A stretch of DNA of 64,000 nucleotides from Eledone cirrhosa. Lineage: Eukaryota. Location of the stretch: contig OZ024742.1 of assembly GCA_964016885.1 (NCBI GenBank), positions 83,018,001 to 83,082,000 of the forward strand, in the 5' to 3' direction. Position numbers and translations under genes: made by a program. The notes below the pieces were generated by a model. The model had not been told where the DNA came from. It did no database searches and saw nothing but the letters and a program-made list of their open reading frames with translations. Below, piece by piece: positions 45,140 through 61,260 of the stretch (positions within the stretch are counted from its first letter, which is position 1; each line of letters opens with the position of its first letter).

Positions 45140-45914
45140 GGAAGGAGTTTCTATAAATTATATAAATAGATAATCTCTCCACTTTCCACATCACCGTAAG
45201 AGAAATGGAAGAGAACACCAAATCATACAAAAATATAAAATAATAAAAATATAAACGTTCAACATAAAGCTGCATGATTTTCTTTTAAGTATGCAGGTGG
45301 CAATTACACATGCATATTACACCAGAACCAGTGGCGTATGCAACACGTATCTTGTGAAAATTTCACCCATGCCACATTAATTTTTAATTTCTTGGTCGGA
45401 GTTTTTCTAACACTCCCTGTCTAGATTATCCATAGATTTCTGCTCTGCCAAACCCATTTGCACACTTGAAATCATTCATAGAAAATAGAAGAAAAAAATT
45501 GGAAATTATATGCTTTCTCCTTTCTGATATTCTCTTTCAATATCTCTTTTTATATCACATTTTCTCTCTTATTCTCTTATCTTTCTTGCTATGTGGTGTG
45601 CAGGTTTATGTACAGAAATGCAATATAACAGTTTGTGTTCTTATATATATGCGTGTCTTTGCGGATATATGTGAATCTGTACCAATGTGGTGGTGTTGTT
45701 CGATGTGTATGTTTCTCGTGTCCATGTTTATAAATCTTAGTTTGCATATGGCTATATGCCCCTTTATAGGGTATTTTATTGTTTTCCAAATGTTTTCCAA
45801 AATATGATACTAAAACGGGTACATTCAAATCAAACTAAGATATTAAAAATATATTTACAAGAAAATAACAAATAAGTGAAATAGTAAATAGAAAACACAA
45901 AACAACGGTAATAA

Positions 45915-48600
45915 TGCATTCATTATTGGCCAATAGGGCCGAAGCACATAGAACAATACGAATGGACAAAGAATTTGCTTGAAATTGAATACATACAAAA
46001 TGAAAACAATTAACAAAATAATTGTTTCTACTTTAGGCACAAGGCCAGCAATTTCCCAGTGCATTACTGGTACTTTATTTTATCGACTCCGTAAGGATGA
46101 AAGGCAAAGTCAACCTCGGCGGCATTTGAACTCAGATCGTAAAGGGACGTAACTATGCTGGAAAGCATGGCGTCCGACCCTCTACCGATACTGCCAATCC
46201 ACTAAAACATTTGCAACAACATAATTCCCCAATAGAAGAAAAACCCAGGAGAATTTTCGGAAGCCCACAGATCCGAAACCACCTACATCACACCACACTA
46301 AAAGAATGTCCCCTTCTCCTCAGAAAAATATGCTGTATTCGGCCGCAATTCAGAGAAAGACCATTCACCTCCGCCATCTTAATGGAACAGATGGACATCC
46401 TGGGTATTGAACCTGCCGTTTACACGACAAGTAACAAACAGGCGATCCAGTACCAGGGGGTGCGAAATGGTGCAAAGCCCGATAGTCATGTGATTATATA
46501 TTACGGAGGTTATATAAAGGCTCAAAACATCTGCCCTTATTTTCCTCTTGGACCATTTCTGTGTGAAAGTAAATAACTCGCTCATTACCGCACACCATTT
46601 TTTATCCAGTTGTAGTTAAGTATAAAACCTGACATCAAGCAACTTAAGAGACGTCCGCCAGTTCAGTCTACGACAGCCCAGTTGACCGGCATGGACTTGA
46701 CATTTCAGATGCCGTGTTGCGATCCCACCGACTTATCCAGTTAAATTTTTGCAGGAGTCACCATTTCGAATTACTGTAGAAAGTTGAAGAGTAGCTGAAT
46801 TTCGGAGGTATTCTATACCCTCACGTTGTCGTCGTCTGAGTATTCCAATGCATTCCTTCCACTTGCCTGTTCTAGCAGGATGTTTTTTCCGTGGGCTAGC
46901 TTCAGAAAGAGTGGCTTTGGAATTAAACATACAACAGGGAGGAGAGATGGCAACCTTGTTCGACCGAATGCGTAATCAGAAACAGTACAGAAGAGGATGA
47001 TATGTATTGTAATCACCTAACAGGGGCATTGAACCGCTTCAGCCGCTTGTGACAGGACAGAAACAGACTGCCTTAATAACAGCCTCGGTCGACAGAATCG
47101 AAAGCTTTTTTTTTACAGATAAGCACCAAACAAAGTTTGCGCCCTACCGTCAGTTTGATGTATAACATGTGGTGTCGCATCACAAGTATAGACATAGTCC
47201 GGACTCCGCACGTATACGCTTCATGGGGTAGATATTTGACGACCAGCCGCAAATTGTTTTGCTAGCACCAAAATCACATGCTCTCTGTTGGGTATATATA
47301 TGTGCCAAGAATGCACAATTACATCCCTTTGTGTGCGTCGTTCTACATCAATCCCACTACAGTCCATGTTACAGAACTGGCAATTCTCCCGTTTTGTTGC
47401 CAGTTGCAGTGTACGGCTTCTGTGACATCGGTGACCAAGTCTGGATTATCTAGGTAAAACTCGCATGTTACCCCACTTAGTCGCTTAAGCTGTTCCGAGT
47501 TTCAGCTGTTGTTATCGGCTTTTGGCAGCACATTGCGCCTTCCACTATGAGCAACAGTAGATCTTTGATGTATAAACTATAACCCAAACAGCTCAATGAT
47601 AGTGCATACCCCGAACATTTATGCTAAATGCTGTTTGAAAATCGAATATGTTTGCAATCGAGCATCACGCATTCATACGGGTTCTTCGAAGACAAAATTT
47701 TGTCTGTGTTGTCATGTTGCTCCTCTGGTATGCCGTAGATGATTACGTGCAAACATTCGCTCTGACTAAGGCATTTGCAAATATTGACCGTTTGTGGTCG
47801 CCTTTTTTCAGCCACCTATTTCTACAGCTCGTTTCCTTAAATGGATTAAGCAAGAACCGTAACTGGATTTATCGAATCTGAAATGTTATCAGGTGCTCAC
47901 AACCCTCTATCAGTTGGGTAATACTGATAAAGGAAATTCCCTGTTAGTTTTCTATAGAGGATAAGTGCTGAGCATATGTGATGAGGTTCTCGGGAAAAAT
48001 CTCGGTGTCGACGTGAATAACTAACCAGTCAGTTCCAGAGAACATTCGGTCTGGGGACAATTTTTACAAATCCTTGTCTTGGCAGTGCTACAAGGGGCAC
48101 TGCTGATTCTTTATAAGCTTTACTGACATGGATATGTTACTTTACAGGCTTTTCTGAGATGCACGCAGAGCGATTAAGCCATTCTTTACATATTCCCACA
48201 GTGCTCGTCTATTTCTGACTTATTGCGTTCAGTCGAAATGTTATTGTCACGTGTATAGGTCGACATCATCATGAAATTTGGAAATCACTGTGCCTATGGC
48301 GAAAGAGATGTGAAGTGCATGCGACTCAAAGTACATAAGTCAAGTTTATTCCATTTTGGCCAAGCTCTCGTCGACTTTTTCAAGTGAATGTAATGGAGAT
48401 GGACCAAAGGAATTGGACGAATCACAGCACGCATCGCTAGGCTGGAGACTTCAAAAGGGAAAAGAACATTTTTTTTATATTACCCATGGCGATTAGGTTA
48501 GATTTGGATCTGGTTGTGGTGCCGCTCCTGCTAAGTTACTACCTCATCTTGTCTCTTTACGCGTTTAATGAAAATCCACAGTCCCTATAGATTTGCATTC
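45915..48600 (-). mobile_element. Highly decayed Tx1-like LINE copy interrupted by a SINE
   Basis: Minus strand gives PDLVTDVTEAVHCNWQQNGRIASSV (compare PDLFSNLLEALYCNWQQNLSIPSSV), YSDD, and TQKWSKRK..YITSVIYNHMTI. The 3' end CGGCCCTATTGGCCAATAATGAA resembles 14475-14498. The 5' boundary is approximate. Confidence 0.75.
46021..46200 (-). mobile_element. tRNA-derived SINE, octopus-type
   Basis: Near copy of 31168-31345. Confidence 0.82.
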
Positions 48601-48710
48601 TCTTTTGTGATACAGGCCTTAGCCAATAAAATAACATTACCATTAATACAATATACTTTATGGTTTAATACTTAATGGTCTGAGTTATGGTTTAATACTT
48701 TAATACTTTA

Positions 48711-48830
48711 TAGTCTGAGTTCAAATCCCGCAGATGTTAACTTTGCCTTTATTCCTTACGGGGTCGATAAAATAAAGTACCAGTAATGCACTGGGCAATT
48801 GCTGGCCTTGTGCCAAAATTAGAAACAATT
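48711..48830 (+). mobile_element. tRNA-derived SINE, 5'-truncated
   Basis: GAGTTCAAATCC B-box then AACTTTGCCTTT..GGGGTCGATAAAATAAAGTACCAG..GGCCTTGTGCCAAAATTAGAAA. Confidence 0.8.
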
Positions 48831-49694
48831 ATCATTAATACAGTAGAGCCTCGTATGAAATGCCAATAAGTTCTTTATTCTGGATTTTTTACATTTTTCA
48901 ATTGCCACAGGGATTAACATTGCTTTCGTCCTCGCAGGGCTCGATAAGATGAATTAAGATTTTATCGTTTTAAGTACTTTTACTGTAATCGATTTAATCG
49001 ATGATTTCCTTCCCTTATATTTGCTAGCCAAGTGTGTAAAATTGAAATTATTCGACAAAATGTTTAACAGTATCAATAGAGTGTCGTACAAAATGTTTTG
49101 CGGTATATAGTTATGAATTTCAAATCCCACTGAGATCAACTTTGCCTTTCATTCTTCAAGTGACGTTAAATTAAAGTACTGGTTAAGCACTAAGGATAAT
49201 ATATTCGATTTTGCCCGTGAGATTGACAACAACAGCAAAATCAAATATAGCTGCTCCATAAAGAAGGGTTATTTCGCAGGAGAATTTGATTGACATTTTG
49301 TCAATAATTTCTGATTGAATCACGATTAGAACTTCTAAATTAATCCCCCGTTCATAGTGTTATTTATTAGCTTGTGATTTTTCCTGCTGCTGCTCTTGAT
49401 TATAATCCTACTTCTGACTGGATCCAAAATGAATGTAGTAAAGGTAGATGTTGTGACTTTGATGCAAGCTAGTGATGTTGTTTGTGGGGCGTTGGTCAAA
49501 AGGACATTGTTGGGAGTGAAACACATTTGGATAATCATTGGTTTCATGGTAGGGCCTTTGTAAAGATTCTGCGAGACTGCTGTTTTAATAAATATTGATG
49601 AAGAGAGATCTTTTGTCATATGTGTTAATTTTATTGGCAGACATTCACGTTGATGTTAATAAAGTTGTCACTCGGGAGAATATTCTGCCTTGTC

Positions 49695-49815
<121 letters not shown>

Positions 49816-50082
49816 AGCTTTGTCTTTGCTAATTATTTCAGTTGGTGATTCTTTCTGCTGTTATTGCAGCAAACTTCTATTTGCTTGTAATGTTTAATTG
49901 TGTTGGCAATGCTGTTGGTCTTGGTACTGATAGTCGTGGTAGTAGGGGTAGTGGTTGTAGTGATGGTGTGTTCGTTGATGAGTGGGAGAATTACAGCCAT
50001 GTTTGTTTGTTATTTTTTTCCTTAACAAATATTACCGAGTGGCACACGAACGAAGATGAGCAGGCGAGGGCGCGTAGGTGGT

Positions 50083-50083
<1 letters not shown>

Positions 50084-50113
<30 letters not shown>

Positions 50114-50322
50114 AAGAAGAAGAAGAAGAAGAAGAAGAAGAAGGGAGGATGAGGAAGAGGTGGATGGAGAGGAGGAGAAGGAGGGAGAGCAGGAGGAGGA
50201 AGGGAAAGAAGGGTAGGGTGGGGAAGACGAGGAGGAGAAAAAGAAGAGAGAGGAGAGGAAGAAAAAGAGGAAGAAAAAGAAGAAGAGAAAAAAAGAAGAA
50301 GGAAAAGAAGAAGAAAAAGAAG
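50084..50322. repeat. (GAA)n and purine-rich low-complexity tract
   Basis: Read directly from the sequence. Confidence 0.95.
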
Positions 50323-50648
50323 GTCAGGAGTCGTATTACATGCTTATACTTGTAATGTTTTTCAATTTTTTTTTATTGAACTCTTCGTAACATATTTTCC
50401 TGACTCTCATGCCATAGTGAGTACTTTTTAACCAGTTAGATTTTTTAGAGAACGTATCCAAATACTGCTCCTCCCATATATGTTGGTGTATTTACATATA
50501 ATGTGTAAGTATACGTGTATATGATTATAGGTGTAGGTGTGTTTATATAAGTCTATAACAACGTGTGTGTGTGCGCCAATAGTTCATGCATTTATATATA
50601 TATGTGTGTATGTGGGTGTGTGTACGTATATATATATATGAATGTATG

Positions 50649-50710
<62 letters not shown>

Positions 50711-50793
50711 GGAGGTGAGTTTTATAGTAGTACAATAAAGCAATGCAGATATCGGATAAGTAGCACTCTACAGTTTGTAGGACTGGAGTATAA

Positions 50794-51085
50794 ATAATAT
50801 AAGATCAAAAGATGGTTAAAAGAGTTCCATGTATTTTATTATGCGCATTTCAAAAACAAATATCATCATATGATGACATTTGCGTTTTCGCAAATGTCAT
50901 CACATGATGATATTTGTTGATTTAAAACTGCACTAATCACAAGTGTTTTTTAACCTTCATATCATGTCTCCCTATTTTATCTGACGAAAACGCAAATGTC
51001 ATCACATGATGATATTTGTTTTTGAAATGCGCATAATAAAATACATGGAACACTTTCATCCATCTTTTGATTTTATATTATATAT
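50794..51085. repeat. Palindrome P9 with a nested extra fold-back at about 50865-50918
   Basis: Arms about 50794-50890 and 50985-51085. The stem II segment occurs three times in alternating orientation. Confidence 0.88.
50973..51043 (+). ncRNA. Type I hammerhead, best-formed copy in the window
   Basis: TATTTTAT-CTGACGA-AAAC..CAAATGTCATCA-CA-TGATGATATTTG..TTTT-GAAA-TGCGCA-TA-ATAAAATA: 8-bp stem I, long stem II and palindromic loop III. Confidence 0.85.
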
Positions 51086-51099
51086 TATTAAGTGAGTTT

Positions 51100-53621
51100 T
51101 TTTTTTACAAAATGAAAAATAACCGAGGTGTCCTACACGAGTAAAAGTATAAAGAAAAAAAGATGAAATCGAAAATACAACTGGAGTCTTATTTAAAAAA
51201 AGATATATATATTTATTTGGTTCCTTTACCGGTTTCGCAGTTCTTCTGTTTTTAAAAAGTAGAGTTGAGGTGGAGGGTCTGTGGTTTTTCTCACATCTGA
51301 GAATATATATATATATATATATATATAAAATACGTATTTAAGAAAGCCACAACAATGCAGAGGGAAATCTCGAGGTAGGAAGTGAAAGATAGATAGGAAA
51401 AACAGGTGAAAGTGAAAATTGAGAGAGACAAAGATGAAAACAAAACAAAGGTAGAAGGGTTACCGTAGTAGAGATTTAATCCCAATATTTCGGGCTCACG
51501 CCCATCAACGGGGGAAAGTTCCAAAAGGGGGGAACAGGCCAAGCGGAGAAAGTTGTGATGTCGTTAAGACAGGAATGCCGTTATGGGGAGAAAATTATTT
51601 AAAATTTAAACGAGGGAAAGAATGCGCGTGCGCGTGATAGGCTGTGGCAAAAGCTACTGACCAAATGGGTTAAATCAAGAGGGTGCGCTAGCGTGTGAAA
51701 GCCGTAAGATATGTGTGTGTAAATATATATGCGTGTGTAACTGTGTGTGTATAAGTGTAAGTGTGTATATGTGTGAGTGTGTGTGTGTGTGTGTGAAAGA
51801 TAGTGGGCTGTAGAAGCTGGAAATCAAAGGGTGTGAAAGGTGGTAGGTTGTAAAACATGTGTGCGTGTATAAATATAGATGTGTGTGTGGAAGCGTATGG
51901 GTATACATGTGTGTGTAACTGTGTGTGTATATGTGTGAGTGCGTATGTGTGTGAAAGATAGTGGGCTGTAAAAGCTGGAAATCAAAGGGTGTGAAAGGTG
52001 GTAGGTTGTAAAAACATGTGTGCGTGTATAAATATAGATGTGTGTGTGTATGCGTATGGGTATGCATATACGTGCGTGTGTGTGAAGATAGCAGGCCGTA
52101 GGCTGTGAATGGTCACTATGGTTAAGTTAGCCATGTCAGCTCATTTCTCTCAGCCCGGTTGTTAAGTGGGGGTCTGAGGTTCTTAATAACAAGTGCTTCC
52201 TTTATCCTTAAGGATCCGATGCTGCGTTCAGTCGCTAGGACTGTGACCAAGGGTCTACCCTGTGGGTTTCCGCATTTAAGGATGTCTTTACGGAAGGAAG
52301 ATGCGTTGGAGTTGATATGTTCCTTGATACGAACATGTAGGGGTCGGATGGTGCTACCTATGTAAAACTTGTTACATTTATCGCATTGAATCTTATATAC
52401 GACATAGGTGCGTAGGCAATCTGCCCCCCGTATCGGGCAGTTGCTGAGGGAACACGTCCCATCTGAATCGTCGGGTTTGTTGGAGAGGCATCTTCGCAGC
52501 GAAGGTCCTGTGTGGGCCAAATGTATGTCAAGTCCCTCCGTCCGTATGGCCCTGCGGATGGCGTTCGTGGTATATTCACTCAGGTGGGGGATTTTAAAGA
52601 AGCACCTGCTATTATTTAATTTTCTAGTGGGTGTCTGTCGTTTATCAGTCGCTTGGGATAACCATTAGATCTGAGTAGATTACGGAATTGCGTGGTATGG
52701 GTGAGACCACCCATCGGGTCGCTGCATCTGTTAGTGATCCGTGTCAGTTCATTTAGGACATAGCCTCTCTTAGCGTTGTTGGGGAGGGCTGAGTTATAAT
52801 GCACAAATAAGTCCTTGCACGCTGCTTTGCGGTAGAAGGTGGTGTTTATGTCTCCTTCTTCCGAGATGTTGATACGGAAGTCGAGGAGGGCGAGTGACCC
52901 GTCTTCTCCTGGGTGTTCGATGGTGAAATCGACGTGATGGTCAGTATCGTTGAAGATTTGGTGAATTTCATTCGCCATCTCCCGGGAAGAGGTAAGTATC
53001 AGGATATCATCAACGTATCTGGAGTAGAAGGCGACGGCGTTGGGTTGGCAGGTATTGAGTGCCTTGCGTTCCAGGTGGTCCATGTACGAGATCGCAAGTA
53101 TGCCGGACAGACTAGAGCCCATAGGTAGCCCAGAGATTTGTTTGTACGTGTGGCCGAGGAAATTGAAGAGTGCATTATCTACAACGAAGGAGAGGAGTTG
53201 GTGGATGTCCGTGTGTGTGAGTCCGAAGCAGTGTAAGTTAGATGCTCGGACTCGTTCGATCAACAGGTCGACAGCTGGGGATGCTGGTACGGAGGTATAA
53301 AGGGCGACCACATCAAGACTGAAGGCATAACCGTTGTCCTTTCTGGTGTTGGGCGCCAGATGGTGTAGTCGCTCCAAGACTTCCTTTGAGCTGCAGACGT
53401 GGGCTGGTAGTGTGTGTAGAATAGGTTTCAGTAGTGTGGAGAGCAGCCACGATATTTTGTAGAGTGGGCCCTCCACGCTAGAGACAATGGGCCTGATTTT
53501 CAAATCGGGTCCTTGTTTATGTGTTTTGACCAGGTGGTAGAAGGTGGGTAATTTGCTGTTTCGAGTCATTATGTTGTTTTTTACCTTCTTTGGCAGTTTT
53601 CGTTGGACATAGATGTTAGTC
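51100..53621 (-). mobile_element. 5'-truncated Penelope-like element (C-terminal GIY-YIG with Cys-rich linker; Neptune/Nematis-like)
   Basis: RT-EN ORF, 3' UTR with ~158-bp tandem units (51700-52095), and terminal GAAA-CCGG-TA plus AATAAA on the minus strand at about 51213-51236. Confidence 0.85.
52122..53621 (-). pseudogene. PLE reverse transcriptase plus GIY-YIG endonuclease, split by one disruption near 52520-52616
   Basis: LPTFYHLVKTHK..IRPIVS; SLDVVALYTSVP; YKQISGLPMGSSLSGILA; RYVDDI; LLDFRI..FYRK; CSLSNCPI..C..VVYKIQCDKCNKFYIGSTIRPLHVRIKEH..IKEALVI..PPLN. Confidence 0.92.
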
Positions 53622-53670
53622 CACTCTTCAATTTCCTCGGCCACACGTACAAACAAATCTCTGGGCTACC

Positions 53671-54572
53671 TATGTGTAAATATGATAATAAGGGCGCTGC
53701 GGAGTTGCAAATGGGTTACATATGAAAATAGTTTGTCCTTCCTCACTTTCTGTTGCCTCAACCTTTTATTTGTTTACCCTCGCGTCCCCTTTATTTACGT
53801 GTCCCAACGACTTTTTTTAGCCGTTGCTCGCACCAACCGGAGGTATATGGTCTTTAAAGCGATGAAATACCTATGATAGTTGGAAGATCACTGATGAAGG
53901 ACAAACTTTTTTCATATGTAACCCATTTGCAATTCCGCAGCGCCCTTATTATCATATTTACACATATTTTTTCCTCTGCTGCTACACCGTCTTTTTCGTT
54001 CTATGTGTATTTACCCTTTCTAGCAGTCTCTCTCTCTGTTAGCCTCTTCCTCACCTCACCCTTCACTCACTCATTCTCTGTCACTACCTCTCCTCCTCCT
54101 CCTCTTTCTTCCCGTTTGACCTGTGAGTAACTCTTTTCTCTCACATTCTCGGCCAAGCTGGTCGGAATTTTTTCTCTCGCGTCTACGATTTCACAGAACT
54201 TATGTTTACCGAATTCGCCGACCAGACCCCTTCTTCCTCCCGTTAGACCTGTGCGAAATTCCTTCCTTGCTAACATTTCAACCAGGTTTGATGGTCTTTA
54301 TTCTCTCGTTCACAATTTCACCGAACTTAAATTCATAGAAATCTGGGACTTGTTTCCTCCTTCCTCACTTTCTGTTGCCTCACCATTTTGTTTGTTTACC
54401 CTCGCGTCCCCTTTATTTACGTGTCCCAACGACTTTTTGTAGCCGTTGCTCGCACCAACCGGAGGTATATGGTCTTTAAAGCGATGAAATACCTATGATA
54501 GTTGGAAGATCACTGATGAAGGACAAACTTTTTTCATATGTAACCCATTTGCAACTCCGCAGCGCCCTTATT

Positions 54573-54577
<5 letters not shown>
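53671..54577 (+). mobile_element. Non-coding fold-back P10 (53671-53966) plus a partial tandem with 622-bp period
   Basis: 53671-53740 is the inverse of 53897-53966, and 53737-53957 repeats at 54359-54577. CTGATGA at 53891 and 54513 lacks an intact GAAA. Ends in (TA)n. Confidence 0.82.
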
Positions 54578-54630
<53 letters not shown>

Positions 54631-54714
54631 AAGTTATATTTAAAATTGTTGGGTTACAACTAGTAAATATTTATAACTGATATAAAAGCACTCGACAAAT
54701 ATTTGGAGTATATT

Positions 54715-56986
<2,272 letters not shown>

Positions 56987-57023
56987 TGCTTATTTCTACC
57001 CGCCGAAATACGATTCTCGCTGA

Positions 57024-57062
<39 letters not shown>

Positions 57063-57436
57063 CAGCCATGTGTGCTTAATACAATGTTATAGGAACAAGA
57101 CGGAATTTAATTGTAATATTTGCCACGGCTTTAAATCGAATTTTATATCAATAATCACTATGCTAAAATTAATATTGGATTATATCAATTTTCTATACTA
57201 TATATCATTATATGCCTTTATCTTTATGCGTATATATATAACTATAATACACAGAAACATACACACACGCATACAGACCGACGCGCGCGCGCACACACAC
57301 GCAAACGCGCAAATACACTCACACACATATATATATTTACATAGTTATATATTTATAAACAAATGCATACAAAACATAATGCAAGCATATATACAGCCGT
57401 CCTTTTACACACGCACTTACAGACACATTCACACAC

Positions 57437-57473
<37 letters not shown>

Positions 57474-58299
57474 AGTGTAATATTTATAATACATATTATA
57501 TAGCATGAAATATTCCACGCCAAGAACATTACAAGATTCTTTTGAATCTTTATAATAATAGCAATATTTCTATAAACAGAGCATGCGCCCAATTATTTCC
57601 TACATATTACGAATTTGTCAGAAACATGAGTATACTGCATGTATTTACTTTATTAACCGCAGAGATTTTAAAAGGAAACAAGCATTAGAAATATAGTAAT
57701 ATATAGAATGACTCTGAATAATTGACGGAATGGTAGCAATTGTATTATATGCCTTTTTCATTCGAAACGATATTTTCTTCAACCAGATCATCAACAGAAC
57801 AAGGGAGAGTGCAAATGGATGTTTATATTTGAATGTCTCTGATCTTTTCCGCTTATAACAAAAAGAATTTGACATATTTTTTGAATCTCAAATAATGTCA
57901 AGCAAATGTTATGGTGGATAAATTTCCCCACAGGATCTAATGGTATGTAGTTAAATCGTTATTTTTATAGGAATATGTGTAGAGTAGAGCCGCATATATT
58001 TATCCGGATGCTGATTTAGAGGAAGCTCACTGGATGACTCAGTCACTGGCAGCCAACCAGTGTGAGAGGTGTTGTATCAATTATCCATCGTAGCCCCTTT
58101 CGCTCTTTACTGATAACATAGATCTCGAGTTCGTGAATAATGTTATAAGTATAGATGAGACGTGAGTGTAGGTAAAAAAGGGGAAAACACAAGGTCATAC
58201 TTCACATTAAACGAAAACAATGTTGCCAAAGCACAGAAAAGCATGCTAGGTGTAATGCACGATTAAGGGAATGTTGACTAAATAACTACTGAGGAGTTG

Positions 58300-58680
58300 T
58301 GCATCATGCTTACACAAAAAAGGACAAACAGTTACAAAGGTCTACTAACAACAAGTAACTCGGCATCTATATGGTGCAGCTCGGTGCAACTGACCGGGAC
58401 TGTACGTTGCAAAACAAGCAGTTCCATCATGACAATGAATCTACTCATACTTTCTGGTTCATCGAAGGTATCTTGGCAAAGATAGGTATTTCCCTCATCC
58501 TCCAGACTCACTGTCCCAAGTCCCGCTCTCTCCGAGTATTGGTTCTTTCCAAAAACGAAGTCTCGTTTGAAGTTCTTTACAGCGGAGCTGAGAACGATTC
58601 TGGGGAAAGCATTCCTGAGGTGCTTCGAACAATTGAATGAACGCTGGGATAATTGCGTGAACTAAAAAAAGGTGATTAGC
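58300..58680 (+). mobile_element. Decayed mariner transposase C-terminal remnant
   Basis: FHHDNESTHT..ILAKIGISLI resembles LHHDNAPAH..FLAK. Followed by ..RCFEQLNERWDNCV. Confidence 0.65.
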
Positions 58681-60729
58681 AAATGTATTTCACCAATTGT
58701 TTGATAAACGGAATAGAGTCTTAGAGAAGTCAATGAGAAAGTTGCTGGGAATTCTACAAACATGTGTACTCTTAATCTAAAAGTCATTGAGGTTGAATGT
58801 GGCATAGTGCGTGATATAATTCCCCAGTAAACTCATTTTTGTAACATGTAAAATGTGCCACACTAAGGGTACAACACACATCCAGGAATAGAACTGACGA
58901 TCATGAGCCGAACACATCAAGTAACAAGCTAGATTCCTTCACACATACATACCAGTGTACATATACATACATGCCTGTAAGTATATATAGATAGATAAAC
59001 GTGTGTGCGCGTGCGCCTTTTTACTTACATCCACACTTATACGCACAAACTCATGTGTGTAATTGATTTCATTGTCTTCAATTATTAATCAAATGTTGTT
59101 TTGCCTGCGATTAACTTTTACACGAGCAGGCCTATGGTCGTTACACATGTGTCTATCCCATCATTTTAAACTCTATTAATAGATGTATCGTTCCTTTCCG
59201 TAATATTGTAAAAGATGATATTAGGATGATGTGTTTGCGATATTATGCTGGTTGCGAAAACATGTGGAGGTTTTATTGTTTACACATTTTCGTGAATATT
59301 TGCTTTTCCTCGGGTCACACCTGATAGAGTAGAAGTATAATAAAATGTGTTCTAACTATGACAATCCGAACTTATTTATTTAGACCTCTCATTTCCGATG
59401 TGTAATTTCATATTCTGTGGATGGTGCTGTTTACTTTCAGGAAGAGATTGCTACTTTTATTTATCATGTCGAACACTTTTGTTAGCGTGACATGATAATT
59501 TGTAATTGGAAGTGATCGAATTTTATTTACATTTATTTATTTGATATGTGTCCTCTTTCATCTATGATGTATATCGATACACAGTATTAATATTACCATG
59601 TATTTACAGTATTTATAGCTAATATAGATCATTCATAGGGTTATATCTTGCTTGTCAGCAAAGATGATACGTATACATCGCTGTCTAGTGACTTTTCTAA
59701 TCATGATGATTAACTGTCCACTGTTTGTCTGTAATACTTTTACAAATGTTGCTCGAGATGAATAATTTGTGGAATGGAATCGGTCTTCACATTCAACGTA
59801 AAATAGTCAATCTATAGAATTAATCCAGAAGGCAACAGAAGGAATAATGAGGATTAATATTCAGAAACACAGAAATAATAAACGTTTCGGACTTTAAATC
59901 ACGTGTGGAATTTCGTGATGTTATTATTTCACTACAGTTAATCCACTACATTTCAGAAATTCATAATCCTATTATGAATTATGTCTATTTGGGTTCTACA
60001 TGTTAAGTGAAATTTTGAAGTGTTGGTGCCTATGTGATATAAATATTTAGTGTGGATGATTATGAATAAATTATACGCCAGGAAAGTGGTTCTGAGATTG
60101 AAAAGGAATAAAAGAAAGAGAAAGAAGAAAATGGATTAAATAATAAAGCACGTTATCACTAGGATGATCTTTTAGATATAAGCTACTTAGTTCCTCACAT
60201 ACATTTCATTGCTTCGTCTGCATAGTATTGGCTAAAACTTGGCAATGTATTCTCCCTCTCTACTCCCTCTCTATCTCTGTACACGCACATTACATATATA
60301 TATATAAGTAAAGATTGTTGTCTCGAAAATCGGAAAATACCATGTGTGTGTTTGAAATTCATAGAAATAATTTAAAAAGTGGGTTGCCAAATTATGTTTA
60401 GGAATGTACCTCTCTCTCTCCCCCTCTCTCTCTTTCTCCCCGCCCTCTCTCTATCTCTCTCTTCGTGAGTGTGTGTGTGTGATCACAGCCGAACGCAAAT
60501 ATATATTTGTTCACTATGTATGTAAAATGATATGAGTATGTACCTATGGAGAATAGGTTTCCTTTTCGACATTTTTTTAATCCTGAGATAGCCAATCCTT
60601 CTGCACCCTACCCATTCACATCCACTGTATACTACAAACACATAGAACCACCAATTAATTTTAAATAATCCATCTTCTAATACTAGAATCTGATAATCAT
60701 TACATTATACATGTTCTAAAATTCATAAG

Positions 60730-60858
60730 AGTTTGAGAAAAAAACAAACCTCCATCTCAACTCTACTTTTGAAAAGCAGAAGAACTGCGAACCAAATAAA
60801 TAATTTTTTTTTTTTTAAAAAGACTCCAGTTGCATTTTCGATTTCATCTTTTTTCCTT
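60730..60858 (+). mobile_element. PLE 3'-end fragment, inverted copy of about 51150-51292
   Basis: CCTCCATCTCAACTCTACTTTT..CAGAAGAACTGCGA..AGACTCCAGTTG.ATTTTCGATTTCATCTT. Confidence 0.8.
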
Positions 60859-60861
60859 ACA

Positions 60862-61260
60862 TATATATAGGAAAAGTGTCAGGACCCCGACGGCTGAGCT
60901 CCGGCCGATTCGACAGCTAGATCCGAACTAAGCCAGCTGTATTAGGACGGGGGTGAATCTAGCTGAACTTATCAAGAGGTACAGTCCAATGTATGAGCAT
61001 ACAGCCAAAACGGAAAAAGCAGAAATATCTCTTTTCCTATTACCCACTCTACTACCCTAAGTACTCGATACTTAGGGTAGTAGAGTGGGTAATAGGAAAA
61101 GAGATATTTCTGCTTTTTCCGTTTTGGCTGTATGCTCATACAATGGACTGTACCTCTTGATAAGTTCAGCTAGATTCACCCCCGTCCTAATACAGCTGGC
61201 TTAGTTCGGATCTAGCTGTCGAATCGGCCGGAGCTCAGCCGTCGGGGTCCTGACACTTTT

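Noticed and set aside
49842-50355. Arg/Glu/Lys-rich ORFs
   Set aside because: Translation of a (GAA)n and purine-rich tract.
53622-53656. N-terminus MFVRVAEEIEEW of the 346-aa ORF as a real start
   Set aside because: It derives from an inverted copy of internal RT sequence. The element is 5'-truncated.
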